Part shown: positions 24,145-36,231 of the stretch, one piece after another
Position numbering within the stretch: position 1 is the stretch's first letter
Layout: every line of letters starts with the position of its first letter
Assembly (NCBI RefSeq): GCF_006345805.1
Contig: NW_021833035.1
Span: 23,479 to 87,478 of the forward strand
Source: Octopus sinensis
Lineage: Eukaryota
Direction: 5' to 3'
DNA: 64,000 nt
Position numbers and translations under genes: made by a program
Notes under the pieces: generated by a model
Told to the model about the DNA's origin: nothing
The model's database searches: none
The model's input: only the letters and a program-made list of their open reading frames with translations

Positions 24145-25667
24145 GTCAGACAGACAGACAGACGTGTGTATAGGTTAAGATTTATAATTAAACGTACTAG
24201 TTTCTAATTTCGTGCAAATATGTAACCCAAATTTTTTTTTGTTTTTTTCAAAATCGATGTTGTTTTAAAATTGATTTAATTTAGAATATAATTATGTTAA
24301 CTGGACAGTTGATTATTTTCAGAAGTAAAGAAGTAATCATTTTGATCATAAATTTAATGAAATTGAACACTAGATCCATATTCTCGAAACAAACATTCTG
24401 AATATAATTATTTTCAGTTGCATTTATTTAAAATAGCTGTACATAGTTTGTTTTTGTTTTTAATTTTAAGAAATGATATATAAACAACAAAGCTAATCCA
24501 TTAATGTATGTCGTATTGTTGCTATGTGTAGGTGCTTTCCATGGGTGGCTGTGTTGAGTATAGTATGATGTGGGCGAATTAGTTCTCAACTGTTTAATAC
24601 CCAATATTGCAGAGAAAAACTTACAAATTGCATGGGTATATATTAAATTTATACAAGAGAATATAGAATGGATATATATATATAACAATTGCCAATCCAA
24701 AACTTGAAATTTAAAATATATTAGCATAACAGCTGCCATATGCGTATCTTCCATTACTATTATACTTAGTCACTAATCTACTTCAACCATTAGCTGTTTT
24801 TCTACTTCCTACACTTAATACTACAGCGATCTCTAACTGGATTTCTGCACATATCCACTACTCCACTAACCAGGCCCACTTAAGACATCAAACTCTCCTA
24901 CTCTCATCGCACTTATTTCACATGATCTCTTTGATCGTGCATTAAACTGTCTGTCTACTCACTCCTCCAAAAGCAACGGTCTTATAACTCTCTCACCAGT
25001 CATTTTATTTCTTATTGAAACCAACCTAAACACGTTTAAACTAAAAATCCACTGTAACAGTATAGATTTTTTTTAATTGGTAACACTAGGCAACAAAATG
25101 TTTGCTACTATTAGACGAAACGGTGCTCATAGGTAATTTGGGAGCGCTGATTCCGAATCTGCAATCATTTTTGTTCTAGCACGTCACGTTTTTGCGCTAT
25201 CATTATTATGCTGCTATCAAAATTATAATGTGAAAATTCATGACAAATCAAATGTATGTTATGTTAAGCGTAAATTACTGTTATTTGATATAATAACAAT
25301 AGCAACTAGGTGAACAAGTGGCTCTAAAACCAATGAAACACAAGACAAAAGTGTAAGTGAATATTATTAATTTTATGTTTTTCAAAAATAGCATTGGCGT
25401 CTTATTTTACGCTTCTGCTGTATATCCGTTTCTCGTTTAAAAACCAGCAGTAGTCCGTCAGCATGTTTGCTGTAAGCCTGCCACTGTAGCGCCTTTCTAG
25501 CTCTTTGATTTCGTGATGAAATCGTTCACCCTGCTCATCGCTTACAATACTCATACTGAGTGGAAAAAAAGTCAAGATGTCAGTGGACGAAATGAATTTT
25601 TAGAAAAATCATTCACAATTGCAACGTAGTTAGATGGAGTGGCGGTGTGGTAAGTAGCCTGCTTACC

Positions 25668-27628
25668 TCATGGCGCATGTGCGAATCAGAGTTGCGTTTG
25701 ATACTAAAGCTGTAAGACGTGTTTTTGAAGCCGTCTTAAATGGAAGATTTTTGAAACTCAGCTGTAAGGTAAGATTTTTGATGTCTAGTGGGGACCTGTT
25801 GTTTGCCGCAATTGTTTTTACAAACAAGAAGTCCTCACTGGATTCTAGTCTACCTGGGGCTGAGTGAATTTTTTTTTTTTCACTTAATTGTGAAAATTAT
25901 TGTTTTGGTGGGTGTTTGAAAATAGTATTTGTCCAGGAATAACTCCGTGGGAATTTTTAGAAAAAATTCAACAATATTGTTCCTGTCAAGAAAACTGGAA
26001 TGATTTTTTTAACTGTTTAACATTTGCGTTAAAATTTTGGCCTGCAGTGCCGAGTGGCCTTTGCTGTATTTTGAACTGTTGCTCTCTCTTCATCTATCTT
26101 TTATTTTAAAAAAACTCTTTATTGAACTGTTATGTTTTCTCCTTCCTTTTTGTTTGAACTTTTTTCTCTTCCTTCCTTTTCCTTAATTATTTTGTATTTT
26201 AAAACTGTATTTTTGGACTTTTTTAAAAAATCAACATGGCAAATAACAATGGAAAGTTGGTGGAGTGGGAAATTACATCACCCAAAAGATGGTTAAAATA
26301 ATTTGAAAGCAAGACGGTGGTTTTGAGGACCTACTCTAGGACCCTCGACGCCATTGCCGTTTTCATAAAAGATATAATCGAAAGAGAGCTGGCAGAATTT
26401 AAGTTTATATCTCGGGGGGTCAAATACGCAACCGTGTGGTTGGTGTTTGACTCCCCAGAAGTGGCTTGTGAATTTGCGAGCCAGCTCTGGAGGGCAATGA
26501 AATTTTGTTTCTTCCTACTTATTGTGGGAAGAAGTTGACGAGAGCTTGGGTATGCGGCTTGCCACCCGGAGTTGAGCACGAATTGTCATCTGTACCTGGA
26601 GCCTGGCCATATAAATAAGAACTCTCCTCAAGGGCAAAGCAAAGTCCTGGAGCGGTTGACGGAGACCTCTGCAGAGGAGGGAATGAAGGCGGTCGAGGAG
26701 ACGAAAGACTCCTCAAAGAAGAGCCGCAAAAGGAAGAAGGTGAGCAATAATGGGTGCCCACCGAAGGATCCTGAGGATGAGGGAGGAGAGGCGAATCTCC
26801 CGGTCACGGAAGAGAAGCACCCTCCCCCAGTCGAGAAGAAAAAAGAGGAAGAGGAGGAGAAACGGGACATTGCTGGCAGTCGGAGACATGGCGCCGGAGT
26901 GTCCCCGAGCCTCATCGGTTGTGTCACCGGCGGGGCGGAAATTGTGCCGCCAACGGTAGAATTGACCCCACTCGGACCCGGAGGACGAAGAACAGTTGGT
27001 CTTCTTTTATAGAGGTGGAGAAGTGGTAAAGGTGGTGGAAGAACACTACGAGGGAGTACCTTTGGCCTTCACACGGGATCCCGAATGGCCTCCGCAGATA
27101 GCTGTGGAAGTGATAACGTTGCGCGTGTTACATAGGCTGGAGGAACTAAAAGAGAAATATCGCTCGTGGCCGGGTGACGCCAATTCGGAGCCCACCTTGA
27201 TTTTAAAGCAAGCATGGGTGATGGTGGAGTACATGGACACAAGCGATGATGAGGTGGAAAATTGACAAGAGGTTGAAAAGCCTCAGTGTTATAAAGTGCA
27301 AGAGGCTCAGCGCCTCATTTGTAAATGGACTAGTGTTGATTGTATATTGAATATTTTATTGTATGTTATTGCATGTTATTATTTTTAATGGACTATTAAG
27401 TCCAATAATTGTAAAAACTGTCGTGAGAGGTTCAATACTGCATTTTGTTTTGTTTTTTTTCTGTTGGAAAAAAAGAAGAATGATGTTTTAGAGAAGCAGA
27501 AAATCGGCGGGCGTTTTTTATCTTCTCCCATCAATATCATCCTTGTTTCATCATTCACCTTATCAATGTATGTGTCCAGCCCGCAAGCCTCTCTTTGTAA
27601 TGCCTTTATGGCAAACCTTAATGAAATA
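25668..27628 (+). mobile_element. L1/Tx1-like non-autonomous retroelement (5'UTR, decayed ORF1-like region, 3' end) with 16-bp TSD
   Basis: TSD aagtagc(c/t)tgcttacc at 25652-25667 and 27629-27644. Ends in AATAAA. GC-richer broken ORF at 26236-27265; no RT visible. Confidence 0.6.
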
Positions 27629-27884
27629 AAGTAGCTTGCTTACCAACCCATGAGTCTTTGAGACTTCCCATAAGTCTTTGTTGTCAGTGTACGCATGCCT
27701 CATTTTGATGTGCACTGAAAAAGACAGTCGGCAGTATTTAACCTGCCAAAAAGAAGCTGCTGCAAGGTAAGACTTTTGTCTCTTGAGTCCAGTGGGGGTT
27801 GTCTGTGGTTATATTTTTTAAAAACAAGGAGTCCTCAGTGGATTCAGGATGTTGGTCTGCTTGCGGTTCAGCAATATTGTTCAC

Positions 27885-28161
27885 ATTAAGTGAAAATTTT
27901 TTTCCCGTGAAAAGTACAGTTTGGGGGCGTATCATTCAACCAAAAGTTGTTCACTTTTTTAATAGTGTATGTTTTTACAACAACATTTACCATTAATTCG
28001 AAAGCTGTATTTCAAGTGTTCACCTTAAGTGAAAATTTTTTTCTCATTGTGAGAAGTATAGTTTGGTGGCGTATCCTGCCACCAAAAGTTGTTCGCTATT
28101 TGTGAATAGTGTGCATTTTTACAACTACGTTTACCAATAATTGGAAAGCTGTATTTCAAGT
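27885..28161 (+). repeat. Tandem duplication of about 140 bp inside a fragment related to the 5'UTR at 25780-25930
   Basis: ttaagtgaaaatttt...ccaaaagttgttc...aaagctgtatttcaagtg occurs twice. Confidence 0.8.
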
Positions 28162-29464
28162 GGAGCAGTCCAGGTTCTAATTGGAGTACCATAGGGCTTG
28201 GAGTACCTGAACGCCCAATAGATTTTTTGTTGTGTTTTGTTGAACTATTGTTTTCTATGAGCAACTGATATTAAAGCCGAAGGGCAATCTGGATAAATAA
28301 TCTTGGGTTTGTTCTTCTTTGAGAAACCTGTGATGTTAGTTAAGAAGAAATAACAATCGGTATAGTGGTTTGTTGGTTCGCGCCATATCATTGGTAATGC
28401 AAATGGCATACTTTTCCATTTACCATTCAGCCATTGGGTTAGTGCTATAGAGCAGATTTTGCAACAAACATGAGGCGCCCACAGTTTACCTTGATACCCA
28501 ACTTTGCACCCAAAGCAAAACTTGTAAGCATTTAAAAATTTCTTTGTAAGGAAATTTCTCTGATCTTTTGGTGCAAATTTTCCACACACTTAACAAAAGC
28601 TGTTCGGGTGATTAACACAAACGTTTCTGCTCATCATAAGTACATACAGTAATAACCTAAATCAACACTCAAAGAAGCCTATCAGTTAACTAAAATATAA
28701 AACTAATCAACGGTAAATGTTACAGTAAATCATCAAAATATATTTCTTAAAAAAAAAAAAAAATCATTTAAATTATTATAGAATGTACTGAAAGTATGGC
28801 TATCATGAAACAGTTTTTTCCATCTCTAAATTTCAAACATTGATCACTTTAATAAATAACAAAACTACTTTTCATATAACCTGGCTCCCTTATTTCATGT
28901 CCTTTGTTTTAACAGCAGTTATCAAGAAAAGTGAGTGTGTGTGGTTTACTATAATAGCCTACCGTGAGGACAACTTTACTATGATTACAGCGATAACGAA
29001 GTAAAATGAATTCTCATCTTTTGTAGCAATTTAACAGGTAGCCTACATTTTCTTCTGATAGCACTTAATTTTGTTTCATTGATGAGTTTATGAATGAAAA
29101 TCGAAAGCAAATAGCCTACTACTTTGTCAATATTATCAATTGGTTGGAAAATCTGATGCTTTGAATAAGTAAAAATTCTACACGTGCTGTCTGAAAACTG
29201 ATGTCACATTGGGATTCAGCACCTTCAAGTTACTCTAAATCAGCTCAAAATGTTTAAATAGTATGACAATTTTTCTTTCTTTTTAGCCCAGTGTAATTAA
29301 ACTCAAGTAAACACTGGACAGAAAATGAACACGTATCCTTTTCCTTTTTTTTTTTCAATTATTTTTTTAATAATTATTATTTTAAAAAATTAACAAAGAC
29401 TTCGCAAAGATATATTTACTCAAGCATCTATATGACATTTAGTGAAGCATCTATACAAGGTATC

Positions 29465-29652
29465 AAATTTGGGGGAAGGGTTTAAGCCGATTACATCGAC
29501 CCGAGCGCGTAAGTGATACTTATTTAATCAATCCCGAGAGGATGAAATGCAAAGTCGACCGCGGCAGAATTTGAACTCAGAATATGAAGACAAATGAAAT
29601 ACCGCAAAGCATTTTACCCGGCGTGCTAACGATTCTGCTAGCACGCCACCCT
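29465..29652 (-). mobile_element. tRNA-derived SINE
   Basis: Same family as 5925-6127. Confidence 0.7.
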
Positions 29653-29977
29653 TAGTTAAACATATACATATGAACGCAATGGAAACGTTTTCGGAAAACT
29701 TTTAATTACCTTCAGTTATCTCCCTTAGTGAATCTAACTTCCTCTGCAAGGGAAATAACTCCGGCTTCAATGTAAAGGGAGGTAATTCAGATTTTAACTA
29801 CGTAACATTGATTTTAAATTTACACAGTTAAACTAACAAGGAAGTTTTTGTACAACTCGTGAAACAAAAAGAAAAAAGGCATAAGTTACTTTTGTTCAAT
29901 TCACAGGTTATTAACAATTTTCTGACTGATGCGCATGTTTTTTTTTTACGGATTCATACATACAGTCATACCATACG

Positions 29978-31255
29978 AGGCTAAACATCGATCCAAAATG
30001 CCTTTGAATGTCGCATCATTTCCCTTCGGCAACATTTTCTAGCTATCAAGTGTCGAAGTGCATCCCTTGACCAAGCTTGCATACGAGAGGCTGATAGCCT
30101 CATAAGACTTGGAAGGCAGCTCCTCGAGCAACGCTCTTTGTCTGATAACCTAGAATACATGCCCAAAGAAGTCGCACGACTCTACCGCAGCATATCATCA
30201 GATGAAAGGAAGAACCTATATGAACAGAAGACTTTGCATGGATATGTCAGTAGAAAGCTCCGTGATGATAGTAACCTCGATCACCAAAGAAGTTTATCAT
30301 GGATTTGTTGCCGGATTACTACCTCCCACTTTCAAGGGTATGCGTTTGCAAACCAGGAACAGGAAATATCAACCAAGTACCTGATACATAAAGAGATAGA
30401 GATGCAAGAAAAACTGTAAGTTGTGACAAGCGATGCAGACTTTGTGGAGTTCATACTGAAGATGCCACGCATATCATAAGCAATTGTCCGAAAATGTCAT
30501 CACGATATTATCTATCGATGAGACATGGTGTTGTAGCTAGAATACTCTACAATGAAATCCGTCGGAAGGATAATCCCGAGGACAAAGAAATAAGAACCGC
30601 AAGCCATGGTAGAAGCCATAGCCACTAACAATAAAAATGTAAAGGAATACTGGTGAAATGTATCAGGGAAGACCTCAATAAAATGTAAGCACACCAGACC
30701 TGATATAAAGGCTTGGGATAGAGAAGAGAGACTGCACAAGTGAGGAAGTTAGCTGCCCAGCAGATGTTAACATAAAGCTAAAGATAGTGAAAAAGAGAAT
30801 ACCTACGTTGAACTATTGAGAAATCTGCGTTGAACTATTGAGAACTATTGACAATCCAGATTACAAGTTCAAGTTTATATCTGTAATTACTGGGAAACCG
30901 GTATATGTATTACACTGCCTAAATACCATTCTTGAGATATTTAGGCTTCTCAAAACCAGAAAAGAGAAAGCTAGTTCGAAGGCTACAGATCCAATCCATC
31001 ACTGGAACTGTAAAAATTTGTAAAACTTTCCAGAAGTTTATCATTTAAATATATATGAGCATATCCAGACGTGCAACTATATGCATGAGATTACATACAT
31101 AAAACATACAAATCTGCACATCCATACATGCATACATACATACATACATACATACATACATACATACATACATACATACATACATACATACATACAAAAA
31201 TACCCTGTTGATGATGTTGAAATTTCAATGAAGGAGTCTTGGATCGAGGTTAGAA
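29978..31255 (+). mobile_element. R4/Dong LINE 3' portion, decayed (same family as 1-1320)
   Basis: GLTSIQNAFECRI, KTLHGYV, FQGYAFANQEQEISTKYL, CRLCGVHTEDATHIISNC (CCHC), KHTRPDI..WDREE (REL), and a 3'UTR with (CATA)n. Confidence 0.85.
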
Positions 31256-31256
31256 A

Positions 31257-33005
31257 GAGTGAAGTGCGTGCGAATGGGACCGCCCCCCTCCCCCCATTAC
31301 CACCCTAATCAACTCCGCTGCGCAAGTTTTGTTCTCACACCACTTATCTCAACTTCTCCCCAATTAAGTCCTTCGGCAACGAGCAACAGATGACGGGAGC
31401 AAGAACTGTATGATGTTATAAGCCCTTAGTCTGGATCCTGCACATGGGTGACGCAGGCAATACGGCCGACTCGATGTTACCCTGGGACTGCACATCGATT
31501 CGTGTTCTACCTGCTTGACCAGGTGGACCTTTTAAGGACTAGCACCGCCTGCCTCAGCTGAAGAGAGGCCTATGAAATGTGGTCTAAAAGACGCCAATCC
31601 TTTTTCGCCTGGCCAGGAAATCGCACCTGGTAGGCCATTCCACACTGTACTCGATGATTAAAAGGAAAATCCTCTCATTTTTGCTACCTGCAACATACGA
31701 ACCTTGATACACCATGATGACCACGTTGGGGCCACGCTCATCGCCTCTGAACTCAAACGATACAATGTGGATATCACTGCACTCAGCGAAACAAGATTTC
31801 CTGATGAATGCTTTCTCACTGGGATACATATACTTCTGGAAAGGCCTTCCTCAATGCAATAATAGAATTCATGGTGTTGGATTTACTGTCCGTTCGTCAT
31901 TACTGGAGAACATCTCTTCGATTGCAACCGATATAAGTGAAAGGCTGATGACTTTCCGAATTCTCCTCAGTAACAAAGTGCACGCCACTATCTTCAGTGT
32001 CTATTCCCCAATATTAGAGACTATTAAAGACACGAAAGATACCTTCTACGAGTCTCTTAACTCGGTTAAGAGAAGGTTACGTCGCACAGACAAAGGTATT
32101 CTTGGAGATTTCAGTGATAGAGTCGGTTTCAATGTAAACATCTGGCCCAGAGATCTCGGTTCTCATGGGATGGGCAAAATGAATACCAATGGTCTTCACC
32201 TTTTGCGCCTGTGTGCCGAGCACAATCTCGTGATTACGAAGACCATTTTTCAGCAGCCCAATAAATACAAGTTCTACTGGAGACATCTTCGTTCCAAGAT
32301 GTGGCATCTCCTCGATTACGTGAGCGTTCGTGAACATGATCAGAAAGTTGTCCTCCATATCAAATATATGCGTGATGCAGAATGTTGGACCGATCACCGC
32401 ATGTATGTGTCCTCAGATCCGCCCTCCTGCCACGAAAAGCAAAGTGTTTCCCATACTCAATGTGGCCTGTTTTTCCAGTACAACGAAACAAGATAAGCTT
32501 CAAGAAAACCTCGCTACTGCCTTCCCACTTCTTCCAGCTCTTTCAGTTCCAAAAGAGCTCCATCGCAATATGGAAAAAACATTGAGAATTATATTGAACA
32601 AATCGAGGTCGAACAGAATGAATTCAATTCACTCTGGGACTCTGCCATGTCCATCATTTGACAAACTACTGAATCCACTCTTGGAAAAACCCACATGAAG
32701 AACCTTGATTTGTTTAATGAATCTGCAGACATCATCCAAACTCTTTTGTAGACGAAGAACCATGCTCATAACGCCCACCTCACAAATTCTTGTACCTTAG
32801 CCTCAAAGTGGTTTCTGAAGCACAAAATGTCTGGTGGCTCCGCAACTCCGAAAAGATCCAATGTTTGGCTGACGAAAATAAATCTTGCGAATTCTACAAC
32901 TCGATTAAACATATCTTCGGTCCTTCGCACTGCCCGATTGCACCTGCCCGTGCCGCTGACGGCAATACTTTAATTAAAGAAAAAGAAAAGATCTTTGCGC
33001 AATAG
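31257..33005 (+). mobile_element. RTE (BovB/Expander-like) LINE 5' part: APE endonuclease, truncated before RT
   Basis: GYIYFWKG...IHGVGF, ISERLM, IFSVYSP, LGDFSDRVG, NTNGLHLLRLCAEHNLVIT, WHLLDYV, AECWTDHR. Confidence 0.9.
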
Positions 33006-33344
33006 ACTTCTGCTTACAAATTCAGAAACCAACAACAAATATTGAACGTGAAACTTTACAGAAGCTCAGCTGTTCATTTAAATAACGGTGCGTATGATTC
33101 TGGTTTTCAGGCTGGACACACGCGCTTATTCTCCTCGCTTCATTCCAAGAATTTCCAAGAAACATGCGAGAACGGTATTACGAGGCAATGGCTTTAGTAA
33201 GTTAACATGGCTCGTCTGATATTTTCATTTTATAACATTTAATTCAAATTGACCAGAAATTAAGGATAACTTATTTCATGATCTGGGAGCAAGGTATTTC
33301 AAACTGAAACTAAAATAACTTTTGAATGATGTTAAAACGAGACA

Positions 33345-33985
33345 CGTTTTCGATGGAGTTGCTTACTCATTTGCCCATCCATGAGTATCAGAAGAAACGA
33401 TCACCATGTGGCCATATCTTGATAATATTACATGCAGATGACCCGTTGAGAATAGATCAGATTGTTTGCGATGAAGGAAGATGGACAGTGAAGTTGTACA
33501 GGATGAAGTAAAACGGCATTTTCATGGGAGACATGTGAGTGCACCTGGAGTGATGTCGCGCTTGCACGAAAACAGAATACATAACAAATCCCATGCTATT
33601 ATACTGGCTGCCAGTGCATTTTCAACAAGAATCCGTCTTTTTCAGAGAAGGTAATGAGAACGAAGCGTTAGAGAGAGACAGAGCTGCCCGTCGTAACACA
33701 CCGCTGCCATCATGGTTTGTCCTTAGTAAATGATACAGAAATACAAGACGCCGGTTGCATATTGATATTCCTTATCATTATGTGTGTGACAAAGGGATGA
33801 CTGTTTGGAAACTACACGAGAGATGAGTAGAGAGAATTATTTCAAGACTTTAGTTTCCAAGTCCAAAGCAAGAAGAAATATTTTATCTGAGATTGTTATT
33901 GTCATATTTTGAAGAAGCTCGCACTTTTTGATGATCTTAAAACAGCTGATGGTGTACGATATAAGTTATGATGAAATAGCTGTCA
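33345..33985 (+). mobile_element. Helitron RepHel coding fragments
   Basis: EYQKKRSPCGHILIILH..D...IDQIVCDE (decayed HUH Rep motif), RHVSAPGVMSRL, DIPYHYV, FYLRLLL, FDDLKTADG. A further Rep piece lies at 35985-36080. Confidence 0.8.
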
Positions 33986-34543
33986 TTGTTTTAAAAAAAC
34001 ACAAGTGGAAATATACTTTATAAATGAGTGCGACCCATTTTTTCAACTCACAGCGGGAAATGTTACATTTAAGAATTATTGGAATTAAAAAAAAAAAATT
34101 TTAACTCCAAAGTCTTTAGATACGAAATTTATCAATGGTTGCTTTAATTGTTTTGACAAAATTTTTGGTATTTTTCGCTTGTGTGTAGTACGTACGTGTA
34201 AGCAAACACACATACATTCACATGCACGCACGCACATAGACACACAACCATACATATGTATATATATATATATATATAGCAACGAATTGCCTCACCACAC
34301 ACCGAATTTAGAAATAGCAGTCAAAGAGTTATAGCTATTCTTTCTACTAAAAGGGAGATCTCAGTAAAAACACAGCACTTGAAAGGCAAACACAGACAGG
34401 TAAGAGAGAATGAAATAACGGCAATCTATCATACAATTTTAAGTCACCTACGGACGTACGTTTCGAAATTAAGTTTTAGGAAAGCATAAGAATTAGATAA
34501 TTATATCTTACCCAACTTCTTTTCTGTGGATGAAAGTTTGTGT

Positions 34544-34634
34544 CCTACGCTGATGAGAAAAGAAGTTGGGTAAGATATAATTATCTAATTCTTATGCTTT
34601 CCTAAAACGTAATTTCGAAACGTACGTCCGTAGG
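34544..34634 (+). ncRNA. Type I hammerhead ribozyme, intact core, predicted cleavage after GUC (C34628)
   Basis: CCTACG-CTGATGA-GAAA...TTTC-GAAA-CGTACG-TC-CGTAGG: 6-bp stem I, canonical core, palindromic stem III. Confidence 0.85.
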
Positions 34635-35125
34635 TGACTTAAAATTGTATGATAGATTGCCGTCATTTCATTCTCTCTTACCTGTCTGTGTTTGCCTTTC
34701 AAGTGCTGTGTTTTTACTGAGATCTCCCTTTTAGTAGAAAGAATAGCTATAACTCTTTGACTGCTATTTCTAAATTCGGTGTGTGGTGAGGCAATTTGTT
34801 GCTAAACCCTTAATTGCTTAGTATTACTTAAACTTTCCTCGAATGAGGCTTTTACATGCCGAAATCTACTTGGTTTAATTAATAATTATTCCAAATTAAT
34901 TAATTTCACCCTATATTGTTACTGATAACCATATTTCATCTCAGTAATGACCACAGCATCTTGTCTTGGCTACACGCGGGTGGGAAGGGGCTGGTGACAC
35001 AAACTTTCATTCACACTTTGAATTTGGTGGTACTGGTAACGGCTTTAGCTCGCTCTGATACTGAGTTGAGATGATGCCTTCTAGTTTCTCGAAATTTAAT
35101 ATACAATTATTCATAATTGTAGTGT

Positions 35126-35216
35126 CCTACGCTGATGAGAAAAGAAGTTGGGTAAGATATAATTATCTAATTCTTATGCTTTCCTAAAACTTAATTTCGA
35201 AACGTACGTCCGTAGG
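35126..35216 (+). ncRNA. Type I hammerhead ribozyme, second copy, predicted cleavage after C35210
   Basis: Identical core and stems I/III, 582 nt downstream of the first copy. Confidence 0.85.
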
Positions 35217-35503
35217 TGACTTAAAATTATATGATAGATTGCCGTCATTTCATTCTCTCTTACCTGTCTGTGTTTGCCTTTCAAGTGCTGTGTTTTTACT
35301 GAGATCTCCCTTTTAGTAGAAAGAATAGCTATAACTCTTTGACTGCTATTTCTAAATTCGGTGTGTGGTGAGGCAATTCGTTGCTAAACCCTTAATTGCT
35401 TAGTATTACTTAAACTTTCCTCGAATGAGGCTTTTACATGCCGAAATCTACTTGGTGTAATTAATAATTATTCTAAATTAATTAATTTCACCCTATATTG
35501 TTA

Positions 35504-35569
<66 letters not shown>

Positions 35570-35937
35570 GTATGTATGTATGTATCATCTGGTGATCTTA
35601 TGCCATCTCAAGCGTTAAGTCAATACCTTTTCATCCGGAATATCTTTATAAGGTGTATTGAATAGATACAAACACTTCACTTGAGGAATAAAATGCCAGC
35701 TAATAGCGATAAATCGATACGAAGTTCATATAATGATTATCCTTCATCAAGAAGATAGATTTGAAGTAGTAACATCTCGTTCTTGACAGCCATTTCTACC
35801 TAGAAAACAGACGGGATGTTGAGGAGGAATAGTTTTTTCAAATTATTTGTATGTAAGCGTCTCATTTTATCTTTAATATATCATGTTTTTGATTATATAA
35901 TATTTTAGCCATCACAACTGAGACTCCACTTATATAA

Positions 35938-35968
<31 letters not shown>

Positions 35969-36231
35969 TGTATGTATGATTTTAGAGTTGTTGCTCATTT
36001 ATTCACCACTGAGTATCACAAGGAACGATTGTCATGTGGCCATATCTTAATAATGTTACATGCAGACGACCCGTTGACACAACAAGATCTCTCAATGCAG
36101 AGCAACGTTTGCATAACCAAATACCTGCCAACATGGACGACTACGTTTCGTGGAAACAATTGTAGGGTTTACAAATAAATGTTCTTCTATACTCCTTCCT
36201 CTTGACTCCGACTTATTCAATTATACATCTA

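Larger units (their letters stand above)
25084..29293 (-). mobile_element. Chapaev3 (CMC superfamily) DNA transposon, internally deleted, with nested insertions
   Basis: CAC...GTG ends (CACTAGGCAACAAAA / CACTGGGCTAAAA) with TAA on both sides. N-terminus CVNHPNSFC..CG...WAPHVCCKIC...WREPTNHYTDCYF (28245-28635); C-terminus DFFP...VSDEQGERFHHEIKELERRYSG...MLTDYCW (25440-25580). Confidence 0.85.
34278..35507 (+). mobile_element. Young non-coding Penelope pLTR/retrozyme-like element: inverted arm plus two direct repeats of about 385 bp, in a (TA)n
   Basis: 34278-34525 is the reverse complement of 34556-34803. 34540-34925 and 35122-35507 are near-identical direct repeats. Confidence 0.85.
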
